Below are positions 36,476-48,713 of a DNA stretch of 64,000 nucleotides, piece after piece; position 1 is the first letter of the stretch, and each line of letters starts with the position of its first letter. The position numbers and the translations under genes were made by a program. The notes under the pieces are model-generated. The model had not been told where the DNA came from and made no database searches. It was given only the letters and a program-made list of their open reading frames with translations. Origin of the DNA: Sphyrna mokarran (lineage: Eukaryota); contig JAGIQG010000003.1 in the NCBI GenBank assembly GCA_024679065.1, positions 88,226,001-88,290,000 of the forward strand. Direction: 5' to 3'.

Positions 36476-37581
36476 GTAGTGGGATTGAGCCTGAGTCATT
36501 TGTTCTTTTGGAGATTCTATGAGCTAAATGGCCTCCTTCTGCACTGAAGCATGCTATGGTATCAATTCTTGGTATGAATCATAAAAAGGTTTGCATTCAG
36601 GTACAGCAATTAATTAGAGAGCAAATGGAATGTCGGCCTTTATTGCAAAGCTGATATGAAGTATAAAATTAGTATAGCTGTGTAGGGCATTGGTAAAATT
36701 GCACTTGGAGTGCTGCGCAGTTTTGGTCTTCTTACTTAAGGAGGGATATGCTTGCATCGGAAACAATTAAGATAACGTTCACAAGGCTGATTCTTGGAAT
36801 GAAAGTGATATCTTTTGAAGAAAGTTTGATTTATATCCATTGAAATTTAGAATATGCTGGGAGGAGGTTTCCTGTTATGGGGGAATCTAGAACTAGGAGG
36901 CACAATTTAAAAACAAGGAGTTTCTCATTTAAGATGGAGGTTAGGAGGAAATTCTTCTCTTAGAGGGTTATCCACAGAGAGCAGGTCATTCAATATATTG
37001 AGGGCTGAGTTAGATAGATTTTTAATGGAAAAGGGAACTGAGATTGTAGGGGGCAGGCAGGAAAGTGAAGTTAATGTCACAACCAGAGCAGCCATAATCT
37101 TGTCAAATGGTGGAGCTGGTTTGATGGGCCAAATGGCCTATTGCAGCTGCTATTTATTATAAGCAATAAAAACATTGGTGCAGTATTGAATGGGGGGAGG
37201 GGGGGCTTCATTGCCAAAAGTGCTGTCTTTTCAGATAGGACTGAATCAGTGACCCTCCCTGCCACCTTCAGGTAGTATAATTGGACCCAAATCAATCCAA
37301 AGTGATAAAGTAAAATTTTATTAGGTATTCTGAACAACATTCCTCTAACAACATCAAAAATAATTCCATTGCTCAGCATAAAAACATAACCCAAGGCACA
37401 TACCAATGTGGGATTGTAAACATGACCTTCAAATCAACAGATAAAATATTGGAAGATTTGACCAAAGGGAAGATTTCCTGCTCTACATGTGAAAACCAAA
37501 TGTGTTTAAAACATGATCAAAACATACCATTCTTTTTATCACTTTGTAAGTTCACCTCAACCTTCAATTTATGTCAAACTC

Positions 37582-38075
37582 TGGGTGTGATTGTCCCAAA
37601 AAAATTCTATGCGTTAAATTCATGAAGAAATTGGAGGAAATCCCAGTTTTTTTCAGTGGGAGTTTCAAAATGAATCTTGCACACTCTGTGCACTGCAGAG
37701 TGCACCAGTGTGAATCCTGTTGAAAATCAGTGGCCGGGACCTATTCCCACTGGAGAGGCCAGCAGCATAGCGCTGAGCAGACCACTGTGCATGCACCAAC
37801 CTGTCAGCACTGATATTAGCGCAGGAGCCCCGTACTGCTGGCCTCCTGATTACTGGCCAGCCTGCGATTCCCACAATAGTCTGTACAAAGCACTTCCATG
37901 TCCCGATCCCCGATGCCCCAAATATGCCCGGGTCAGCCTCAGTATCCCCATCCCCATCGTCCCTGATCCATCTCGATCTTCCCCTTCCCGCCACCAAAAC
38001 ATCTCCCCCATCCCCCACACCTGGCAGCCCCTGTCTCCTGATTCTCCAGCCCCTACCCCATGGTTGTGCATCCAC
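37582..38075. mobile_element. left half of the GC-rich TIR element
   Basis: Begins gggtgtgattgtcccaaaaaaattc. Shares cactctgtgcactgcaga with 11705. The 182-aa ORF is non-coding repeat sequence. Confidence 0.6.
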
Positions 38076-39164
38076 ATTGCTGTACTTGGAACATGCCTTA
38101 CTTCAGTTTTTGTGGTGTGTTTGTCTACGAAACAATGGTCCTTTCACTCAAAACTAATTCATTGTATTTGTGCTGTGACTTCTTTTGTAAGTCATAATAA
38201 GTATTGTACTCAGGCTAGTTTCTAGTAATAGGTATCCCCAGAGCCACAACATCTAATAACATTTCCCCATTCCTACCAATAGATCAGATATAAATCAAAC
38301 AGCATGCAAGACATTAACTCAATTTCCTCAACAGGGGACACACAATGAGTGAAAGGCATATTTAGAATAATAGTATTAAGCGCCTTTGCAACCATTAGAG
38401 GACAACATTAAATGAGAAAGTAAGAAAAAAATGTTATGAATTATCAACCAAGTCTTGTTGTAAAAAATAAACTTCCCACTGTGTATTTAATCCTTTACTG
38501 AAGTTAAAGCTTCAACCTTTTCAACTATAGTGTCTGAATATTAATTTCTATTTCTTATGCACACATACTGGTACTTGCGATCTTTGCCCTTCATAGTAAA
38601 TAATAATGGTTCTTATCTGCTATTGCTGGTAATCATCAAAGCAGAAAATGAAACACCCATGCATTAAGACAGACAATCACAGAAAGGAATCAAGTCAAAT
38701 GGTACTTGTAATTTTGAAATTATCCATAAAATTAATTCCTAATGATAAGTACGAGTGCACTGATAGACTCATTAAAGATCAGAACAGTGGGCTTCACACA
38801 TTTCCCTTCATATCATTAAGCATATACTGAGAGAAATTTGGTTATGTCATTGAGTAATCAAACTGATGAGAGCTCTGAATACAAGCTGGCTCTTAGGAAA
38901 CAAATAACACTATAGGAGAGAATTATAGGCATTGACATAAACAAAGCAATAATCCTTAAGCTTGAGTCTAATAGAACTCTCCAAGATAATGTAATCAGTA
39001 CCACAAATATTTTGGCTTCAGCATCTTTCCTTGAGATATCAGCATGACTAGCATGGAATACCTCCAGTTGCTTTCGCGAAGGCAGTTATGAACCTTCGTT
39101 TTGAGCCACTGCAATCCACATGATGTAAATACTATCGCAGTGCTGTCAGGTAGAGAATTCCAGT

Positions 39165-40520
39165 TTGCAGAATCACAGAATATTTATAGGTGCAGAAGGA
39201 GGCCATTTGGCCCATCATGTCTGCACTGGCTCTCCAAATAAGCATTATGACTTCGTGCCATTCCCCTACCATTCCTCGGAAAAAGTTTAGAACAATTTTT
39301 TTCTCACTTTTGCTTCTTTTGCAAATCACTTTCAATCTGTGTCTTCTCATTCTTGATCCTTTTATAAGCCAAAACAGTTTTTCACATCTACTCAATTCAG
39401 CCTCTTCATGATTGTGAACAGCTCCATCAGATCTCCTCTTGGTCTTCTCTCCAAAGAGAACAGTCCCAATCTCTCCAATCCATCCTCATGACTGAAATTT
39501 CTCACCCCTGGAACCATCCTTGTAAACATCTTCTTCAATCTTTCCAAAGGGTTCACATCCTTCCTATGATGTTGTACCAAAACTGTACAGAATGTTCCAG
39601 CTGAGGTCTAATTAGTGCTTTGTATAAATTCAGCATAACTTCCTTCCTCTTGTACATTATGCCCCTAATAATAAAGACCAGGATATTATACGCTTTATTA
39701 ACTGCCCTCTCCACCTGTCCTGCCATCTTCAATGATCTATGCAGATATAATCCCAGGTCCCTCTGCACCTGCATCCCTTAAGATTGTTACTCCTTATTTT
39801 ATATTGTTTTTTCATGTTCTTCCTATCAAAATGCATCCCCTTTACACTTCTCTGCATGGAACTTCATCTGCCACTTATCTGCCCACTTCACCAACTTGTT
39901 TGAAATTCTACATAGCTCTCTTCACACTTTGTAATACTTACAAGTTTTACATCCTCCACAAACTTTGAAATTGTCCCCTGTACACAAAGATCAAAATCAT
40001 TAATATTTATCAGAGAAAGCAAAGTCCCGTTATCAACCCCTGGGGAGCACCATGACAAACCTTCCTCCAGACCAAAAAATATCTATTGACCAATATCTCT
40101 GCTCCTTTTATTCAGTCAGTTTTGAAGCCACTTTGCTACTGTCCCCTTTTTATTCCATGAGCCAAAACTTTTCCCAAGTCTGTGTGGCACTGCATAGTTG
40201 AAAGCCCATGTGCACCACATCGACAGCATCTTTAACACTTCCTGGTGTCTCTACAAAAATCTTTAACAAGTTGGTTCAAGACAATTTCTACTTTAGAATT
40301 CCACCAGGTTCTTCTTAATCAACCCACTTATTTCCACGTGACTACTAATTCTGTCTGGAATAATTGTTTCTAAAAGCTTGCCCAGCACTGATTTTAAAGT
40401 GACTGGTCTGTAAATGTTTTGGTTATCCTTACAGCTGTTTTTAAACAAGGTGTAATATTTGAACCTTTGGCACCTTGCCTAAATTTAGGGAAAACTGGAA
40501 GATTATGGCCAGCGTCCTTA
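39165..40520 (-). mobile_element. CR1-like LINE ORF2 3' about 1.3 kb
   Basis: Minus ORFs QVQRDLGLYLHRSLK...KEVMLNLYKALIRPQLEHSVQFW and RKDVNPLERLKKMFTRMVPG...RLGLFSLERRPRGDL. Confidence 0.93.
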
Positions 40521-41149
40521 TAATTGGTACAGGTATTTACTTGGTAATACCTGTACCAAATAAAAATCTATAAATCTCAGTCTTGAACATTTCAATTGAC
40601 TCAGAACCCACAGCATCTTAGGAGAAGAATTTCAGATTTACACAATTTTTGTGCAAAGCTGTGTCCTGAATGGCTGTAATTTGGATTATGCCCATTCACC
40701 ATTAGAGGAAACATCTCCAATAAATTTTCACTATTGAATCACTATAAATCATATTCAGGATGGAAAAGCTTGCATGATTGCATGTTCTTAAACATGTTGC
40801 TGGAGAATTTGGATAGGTTTGGAAAATGGGTGCATGTAGTTTCATATCAATATGAACATATTCTATGTTCTATGTTCTAATATTTCCTGCAAACTGCACA
40901 TGCGCAGCCATGATACAATGCAAGGGTGTTACACCAGCCTCTCACAAATTGTTCCCTTTGAATTCATGCATATACATGGTCATACAAAAACATTTAAATG
41001 AATCACATACTCAAATGAACAGGCCAGGTAAACCATAAAAACATTAGAAGAGATATTGGCAGATATATCCTACCCACTAGCCTCAGCCGATTCTCAATTC
41101 ACTATATCCCCATTACCCATCTACCAATTTTCGTCGAATAGGACTCAAC

Positions 41150-41335
41150 TCTCGTCAAGCAAGCTACGTTGTCCAGGGTGGTGTCAAGATTCTTGAGTGT
41201 TGATGGAACTGCACTCATCCAGGCAAGGGGAAAGTATTCCATCACTCTCCTGGCTTGTGCCTTATAGAGGATGGAGAGGTTTGGGGAAATTCAGAGGTGA
41301 GTCATTTGCCACTGGATTCCTAACTTTTATATACC
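41150..41335 (-). mobile_element. L2-like LINE fragment
   Basis: ttgtccagggtggtgtcaagattcttgagtgttgatggaactgcactcatccaggcaagggg...tattccatcac is the reverse of the 5180-5260 segment. Confidence 0.75.
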
Positions 41336-42214
41336 CTTTTGCTACCCTCACACAACACATTATATTTCCAGATAACATGTGGAAAGCACTTCCAGGTGAG
41401 GTGGGCAGAAAATGAGTGACAGAATTGTTCTAGTTTTCACTTGTGAAACTCTGGTCACCCATTTATGCTGTTGAATCAATGTTCATTTCCATGTGGGAGG
41501 TTAAGTGAGGCTAGAGTTCGAAAGTGGCAGTTTTCATGTCAAATCAGTGTTGCATTATTAACATCATAACTCTTCTGTTCTGCATTCTATAACAGTCAAT
41601 AGGTGTGTGCACAAACTATTCTACCAAGGTGGTGTCCGGCACACTTCCCATCAGAGTTGTTCACACACCGAGGACTTGATTTACAACTTTTTAGGCCAAT
41701 TAGCATCTAAAAATGGGTATTACAAAACCCAGTTTCTCTCTTTAAGTGCCTAATGTGTATGAATATGAGTTGCATGACTTGAAACTCAAATTTCTATGCT
41801 TAAAGAAATATATGGTATGAGTTCTGTACTTTTCTCAGACCGAAGGAAACTAATGTAATCAGAAAGAAAATTCACACCAACAGCCTGATTATCTTCCAAC
41901 AGGAAATTACCACTCTGCCTGTGAAGACATATTATAATTTTACAAGCATTGGAAATCATCCAATACTTCTGTCAGACCATTTCATTCAGGGCATCATCTT
42001 ACAAGGGAAAGATAGACAGAAAAAGAGCAAGAAAGAAAGGCATAAATTTATAAGGCATTCTTTGTGTACGATCTTACCACCTGTTCAAGAAATGTTCCTG
42101 CTGCGGTGAAGACTGGGACTTTGACAACAAGCCAAATCTCTACTTGCTGCAATGGAATGGGAAAATCCTGCTGGGCATTAACAGTCAGAAAATCCAGCTT
42201 TCACATCCACCAGG

Positions 42215-42410
42215 AGTCTCAAAGCAATTTACAACCAATGAAGAATCTTTTTTGTAATGTAATCGCTGTTGTAATGTAGGAAATAAAGCAGCCAATATGC
42301 ATTGATCAAACTCCCATAAACAGCAATGTGATCCTGGCTGGAGTATCTATTTTGTGCAGTTGTAGGACACTGGGGCTAACTCCACTGCTCTTCTGCAAAA
42401 TAGGTGCCGT
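42215..42410 (-). mobile_element. Deu-domain SINE fragment
   Basis: gttgtaatgtaggaaataaagcagccaatatgc...cccataaacagcaatgtgat is the reverse Deu core. Confidence 0.65.
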
Positions 42411-43184
42411 GTCAGGAACACTAGTTGGAAATCAGCCATTTAGTAGGGCTCAATGTCAGGAATTCCACTTCTTAATCTTCATTAGGTTCACCGTAATAAT
42501 CCTGATTGCTTTAGATCCCACTGCTTTAGAATATCAGCATCAGGGCTTTTATCATTTAATATTCATACGACATTCTTCAGTCTCCAATCCTAATGGAAGC
42601 ATTAGGTTGGTTAAGATAAATAGGTTGAACACTTACGTTAAATAGTGACTAAGTACACTATGAACACATTAACCATCTGGCCATATCATTAAGAGATATT
42701 TCCAGCCTGAGCATCTTAATTGCTTTGTAATTTTGCTTTGCAACAAATCCTTGATTGTACCTTCCTCTTCATAGCTTGTTAACATAATGGTGGTTGTTCC
42801 ATCTATGCAATCTACACTATTCTTTTAAAACAGAGCTCAGAGAAGATGATGTTAAAAGCTTTGGGACGCCTTTGTCTAGAATATTTCATCAAGGAACTAA
42901 TTGATGAACAAAACTTGATTGCATGAATAATTGAGTTGATTCGCGTTCATCTACTAGCAAGAAAGGCTACATATAATTGAGGGCTTTTCATGATCTCCAA
43001 ATGCCCCAGAGCAATCTGGTGATTGTCCTTTTAAGGATCATCTGCAGAGTAAGGGTCACATGACTCAGGGAAACAATCAGGAACAAAATGGGAGATCGCC
43101 CTGGTAAGCGCTCAGTGTCATTTCAGGAGCTGATAGCAGCCACTTGGCTGCAAGCCTCTGTATAGTATTAACCTATAAATAAAA

Positions 43185-43440
43185 GAGATGTGTTTTTCCC
43201 TAAACATTTGAATGAGCATCTTCACAAATTTCCAACCATTGAAGTACTTTTCAAAACTGTAGTCATTGAGGCAGGAAATGTGGTAGCAAATTAGAACACA
43301 GCAATTTGTCAAAAACTGCAATGGAGTGTAGGATTAGATTGTCTGTTCATATGATGTTGAATGAGGGAGAAATCTAGGCGGAGACACAAGGGAAGAATCC
43401 AATATTCCTCTTCAAATGGTGTCATGGGATCTTTTATAGC
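43185..43440 (-). mobile_element. Deu-domain SINE fragment
   Basis: gaagtacttttcaaaactgtagtcattgaggcaggaaatgtggtagcaaatt...gatgttgaatgagggagaaat is the reverse Deu core. Confidence 0.6.
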
Positions 43441-44099
43441 TTCCCTATATATTCCCTCTTGGCCATATTTAATTGTTTAAAACTCCTGAAATAAATCTGA
43501 AGATTAACTCTGGGCCTCCGCCTAACTCGATTATGCTAACAATTCAGTCTTTCCAGAGAGATAAGATTCACTGGGCAGTGGCAAATAGTAGTGGGAGTAA
43601 AAACACTCTTAAAACTAAGAATCTGCTTCAAATGTGATGTAATGTCTGAATATTGAAGTGGAGGAGATCAGCGAGTGAGAGAGCTGCTCATTAATACAAG
43701 CCAAATAACGTGAAATAAAATCAGAAAATGTTGGAGACACTCAGCAGCTCTGGAAGTAGTTTGTGAGAGGTTTCAAGCAAGGACACAAACAGGGACTGAG
43801 AGATGAGAGGAAGGCACAAATAAGAAAGCGATTAACATGGAAAACAGGAGACATTCAATGAAAATGAGAAAATGAGCTGAATTTCATTGTGAGATTGGGA
43901 CCCTGATGTTAGTATAAAAAAGACACCCTCTGTGGCTTTATCACAATCAGCCTCCCTAATTAGCCACATTAGGGCCTGCTGCCCAAATAATGATGCAAGG
44001 TTGGCACCTCCAATCAGAGTGAAATTGACGGCAGAATCAGCAATTCAGACAAAGATAAGAACTGAGATTATGTGGCAGAACAAGATTGCTGAGATGGTA

Positions 44100-45114
44100 A
44101 CACTAATGGAACAGCTCAAGAACCAATATGATAAAATGGTCAATGAAAAAGATGCCCAATTTAAATGATGGACAGAGAATAAACTTCATCGCACTACCCA
44201 AATACCAGGTACAGAGGACCAGGACCATTTCCCTCACATGACAGACCAAGACTGTGAAAGAACTGTCAAGACTATATTTGGAACTATACATAGTTGAAGC
44301 TTACCAATAAAAGTATTTATGTTGAAGTACACAAGTCTTGAGATCCTATCAATGAGCCATCACTATCAACAATGAAAAAACCTATATTAAGCACATAATA
44401 TGACATGGTCCCATAACATGAAACTTCAGTAGTGGACCAAGTTAGCTGCCTAGAATTACTGTCTTGAAGGACAGACCCTGTCATATCAAATAGACAAAAA
44501 GGGAGGATTATTTGTAAACACATTGATCACTTGAGGAATAGAAAATGTTCTATTTCTCAATAAAGCAGTCAGTGTCGCTGTCAAAAAGTATTTTTGAACC
44601 TGTAAGCACCGAAGTACTGATCGACCTGTTATAGACAGGACTGACGTACCCACGGAAGCAAGTAGTAATGAACTCTGTACCAAAAGAGGTACCTATTGTT
44701 GCAGTTCCTGTTAATACCAATACTGTGGAAGCATCTCAGATTACAGAAAAACCCTTAAGGACTCAATTTCTAATTATCCAACTTGTGCATTTAGTTGGAG
44801 TTCAGGATTGAGCAACTTATTCATTGAATCATATAAAGGAGATAAAGGGGGAGAAATATGATGAATGTGGTCATTGTAGCTTTGAGGGCAGCACAGCAAA
44901 AGAAGGTCACCTGGCTTGAAGGACCAATTGGGATGAGAGTGAGTAATTACACCCAAGGGGTGGAGCACTCACTTACGCCAAAGACATGTAGAAGACCTGT
45001 AATAGACATGTAGGGATTGGGGCAGCTAGAGAACAGATGGCTTTTGAACAGTCTTTCCTGATTAATAAATACCTTTTGTGTCCCAGTCAAAGTCTATGAG
45101 AGTGCATCATTACA
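44100..45114 (+). mobile_element. 3' end of Gypsy-type LTR retrotransposon (integrase C-terminal remnant, PPT, 3' LTR)
   Basis: gaccctgtcatatcaa...aaacacattgatcacttgagg (P.SY...KHIDHLR). Polypurine tract aaagggggagaaa at 44844-44856. LTR 44857-45114 (tatgatg...cattaca) with AATAAA at about 45064. Confidence 0.65.
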
Positions 45115-45135
45115 GGGTCTTAAAGGTATGCTAGG

Positions 45136-45343
45136 TGTTATGTATGTTAGGGCATAGCCCCCTTTAAGGGAACTGGGTCACCTGACCCTGGGTTTGGGGT
45201 GATTTGCCCAGTGACCATCGTGAGAAGGCAGGCATGGTTTGGAGTGTGGAGTGAGTAAGACGTGCAGTAAATACCTGTGTTCCCTGGCGCTTGTCTGTGG
45301 AGTGAGGCCTTGAGGATGTTCCTGAGTAGTAAAAAATGTAACA
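45136..45343 (+). mobile_element. short solo LTR
   Basis: TGTTA...TAACA inverted termini, flanks TAGG/CAGG, internal agtaaa. Similar ctttaagg...ggtca(c/t) motif at about 23160 and 43030. Confidence 0.65.
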
Positions 45344-45900
45344 CAGGGCAAGCAACTGAGCTAATTAAGATACAATTTAAAGACTTCTTTTAACCTGGGA
45401 TGCTTATTCTTTTCCAACAGCACACATGTTCCACACTGTGTCTGCACTACTCCAGGGTGAGGGGAATGTACAATGGGAAGAGCTTCTTCAGTCACATTGA
45501 GAAGTTAGATAGGATGTAATCAGTCAGACTGGAGAGTTCCAGCTTGGTGAATTAAAAGATGGTTGTTCAAAATAGTTCTTTCAGAGTGCGCATTCACTGA
45601 TTGATTGGTGACTGCCACACTCATGGAAGGGAATTAACCTGTCTAGCACTTCATTCACCTTCAGCTAAGCATTCCTGTTGCTTTCCTTCAACACAGCACA
45701 GGAGCAGCTCTTGTAACACCACTTTGCAATCTCTGAAAAGGGGTAAGAGCAGGATCCATACCACTGCCAAGAGCATCAACAAAGGCAACACGAGCACTCC
45801 AAATGTGAGGCAGATCAGTAGAAAGTGAGCATCTCGAACAGGATTTCATAAGACCACTGCAAGACTAGAGATATCCATCCTGCTAAACTGGTACACCATT

Positions 45901-45994
45901 GCTGGAATTTTGCCAGCTCGCCCACCCAATGTTCATAAGATCCTTTCATAACAGAGAATGCATTCCGGGACGGGCGTGCTGGTAAAATTCCAGC
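45901..45994. mobile_element. 94-bp MITE
   Basis: 23-bp TIR with 2 mismatches: gctggaattttgccagctcgccc ... gggcgtgctggtaaaattccagc. Confidence 0.75.
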
Positions 45995-46210
45995 AACTAT
46001 GCTTCCTCATGATGATGGAAAATATGTCACATGATGTTCAATCTACTTATACATGAGTTTAACAGAAATATAGATAAAATGAGCCACTATCAAAAGCAGT
46101 GCATTATTCCCCTGTCCAGTTACTTGGCACCTTCTTTAAATTGTATGTGCGAGTTCAGTTTTACAAGATCACAATTCTAACATATTTTAAAGAAATACTG
46201 ATGCACTTAC

Positions 46211-46285
46211 CCCATCTAATGGACACTGCTTGCAGTGCAGTACAACTGTGCCGCAAGGCGATGTGATTTCAAATGTTACTTGCCT
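46211..46285 (-). CDS. candidate 75-nt exon, product unrecognised
   Basis: Minus acceptor gctttttctttag| and donor GGG|gtaagt. Only one frame is open (phase 0): RQVTFEITSPCGTVVLHCKQCPLDG. Confidence 0.35.
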
Positions 46286-47699
46286 CTAAAGAAAAAGCAT
46301 TTCACAAAGTAACCCAGTGAGTTTACACCAACGATGATTCAAATCCTCCCCCAAAATATTTTATTTAGAACTTTGGCAGACAAACCCTCTTCCATCACAA
46401 ATCTCTGAGGTGTTCTAGCCAGACATGACTTTAGCACAAAATCCTGGAGCAGCTATATGTGGGAGTAGATATTTCAATTCCAATTCCCTTCCCACACTTT
46501 GTGACACATTAAGGCAGACTTATATTTATTTCCATTGCCCTTAGCCATTAATCTGTCATCAGAGACTTATAATTTGGGGGCACAAATAGCCACATCAAAC
46601 ACGACTGACTGACCAAAAATTTCTCCCATTCTTGCTGCCAGCCAGTGGCATGTTTGGAAGGATTTGCAGATTGACACTTAACTTGCTTGTCTACATACCA
46701 AATCATTACCCTTTGACTATCAAACCCTGAGCTTCTAGCTCAGGGGCAGGAATGTTACCCATTGCACCATAAGACCTTCAGATTTTTCAGTGGTTCCAAT
46801 ATATATAGCCCCAGTTTGCTAAAACAGAAATAAGATAGTGACCAGTCCCTTGGACCTTAATGGAGGAGAATGGAAATGATGATAGGATGGAACCCTGGTT
46901 TGTATCTCTACAGGAACTCTTAAACCTGAACAAAGGTTATGGATGACATGACCTTCCACAGCTTGAATCTCAAGAGATCCAGGATAGTCCTACAAAAAGA
47001 TTGGCTCTACAAGAAATTGAAGCCTGCAGAATGTGTGTACCTAATAAAAGCAAATGCCATGTTTGTACATCGTGTTGGAGCATTTAAAATTAAACCAGCG
47101 ATTCTCCTAAAAATACCCTTCCTATAAACAGGAAGTTTTAACAGTTGCTTGTATAAATGTCAGGCAGCCTGACTTGCATGAAGAGCACCTGTTTGGTTGC
47201 TATAGTCATGGCCCCTAAAGGGGGTTATGAGAAATCTGAAACCAAAGAGACTGAACAGCTTCATAATCATAGTACATTCATCAGCTCAAGTGGATGTCCT
47301 ACAAGATTCAATGATTGGAACTCAATCATAGCTTAGTTGCTCATTCTCTTGTCACTGGATCTAAAGATTGCAGTTTTAATTCCCCCTCTGAAAGTAGAGT
47401 ATCATAATGACTCAGGAAGCTTGACTGGAAAGGAATACAGTTTATTATAGAATGCAAAGTAAAGCCATCACCATGGCGTACACACACTCGGCCCTGCCTG
47501 GGACTGCAGTTCAGTGGGCCCACTCATGGGCCTGTTTTATAACAGGCTCAGGTAATGAGTTCCAGTTGATAGGCCATTGCCTGTTACCAGGGGAACTTGT
47601 ACTCAGTGAGTCCCATAGGGAGATCAATCAGTGATTCTCCATGGACCTCATAGGTGTTATCACAAGAATAAAAATCTAAACTGATCTCCAGGACAGTTA

Positions 47700-48025
47700 C
47701 GAAGGTGCTATCAGAGATGCCGCCTTTTCACAGAGACATTAAGCAATGGCTCCATCTGCCCTTTCAGGTGAATGGCAATCATTTAAAGACTAGCAAGAGA
47801 ATTCTTCATGCCACTTTGACCAATATTTATCCTTCAACTGACATTATTAAAACAGATTATTTGCTTATTATTAGATTGGCATTCTTGAAAACTTTTTGTG
47901 AATCAATTGGCTGCCACATTTCTTATATTACAACAATAACCATATTTCAAAGAAATTGATTGGTTACAGAGCATTTTGGAGCATTCTAAGTCTGTGAAAG
48001 TTGCATAAATGCAAGTCTTTCCTTC
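47700..48025 (+). mobile_element. Deu-domain SINE
   Basis: gatgccgccttttcacagagacattaa...tgaccaatatttatccttcaactgacatta...aattggctgccacatttcttatattacaacaataac. Confidence 0.7.
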
Positions 48026-48059
48026 AATAATGTATGGAGTGTATGGAATAGAATAAGAA

Positions 48060-48713
48060 TGACTTTTTCCAAAATATAACAAAAATTATTGGCATAAATT
48101 TTACCAATTGGAATACTAACCATTATAAGGTATAATTCTTAATAGCTAGCTATCTATATAATTCCAATACAAGCAATATCCCCACAGACATAAATCCCCT
48201 TTCAGAATAAGAAAGCACAAAAAAAACAAGTCATGCGGATCCAGATTTCCAGCCCTTTAATCCTTCTGGACAGATACAGAAATAGAATTGTCACTGACTC
48301 CCATACAGCAGCCTCCAGAGAAAAGACTTATCACCTGGCAGATCTCAGTGTCCAAATTCAGATGATAATAGCGATGGAGAGAGAGAGCTATCTCTCTTTA
48401 AAGATCCCAAGTAGCAACTGACTTGATTTCTGTGTGCAAATCTAATCCCGGACAGTCATACGATTTCTTCTGTCAATCAATTTAATCAAGCCCTACTCTG
48501 AAAAACTCCAGGGGAAAAGGCTAACACAACAGAACAGCACTACCCCAGGTTAAAACAAACATTTTAGTAATTAAGATCAACTATGCTGCTGCAGTATCAA
48601 TAGGGACTGCCAATTACAGACAATGTGGCACCATTTAATAAAACTAATTGCTAACACAAATCCTGCACAAGAATCATGATATAAATGCATTTCTTAAAAG
48701 CACAGTATCACCA
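48060..48713 (-). mobile_element. LTR remnant related to the 17204 solo LTR
   Basis: Reverse begins tggtgatactgtgcttttaagaaatg, similar to the tgtgatgttcgcgtacctttaagaag start of the 17204 LTR. Confidence 0.45.

Larger units (their letters stand above)
35040..37150 (+). mobile_element. CR1-like LINE ORF2 (RT to 3' end), decayed and interrupted at about 35695-36580
   Basis: Motifs ..DFQKAF..VP..RLLHKVRVHG, SGVSQRSILGL...ND and DDT. After the insertion come LVKLHLECCAQFWS and TRRHNLK, with tail gatgggccaaatggcc. Confidence 0.85.

Noticed and set aside
43932-44168. Coiled-coil-like 78-aa ORF
   Set aside because: It adjoins and merges with LTR-retrotransposon remnants and has no convincing splice sites.
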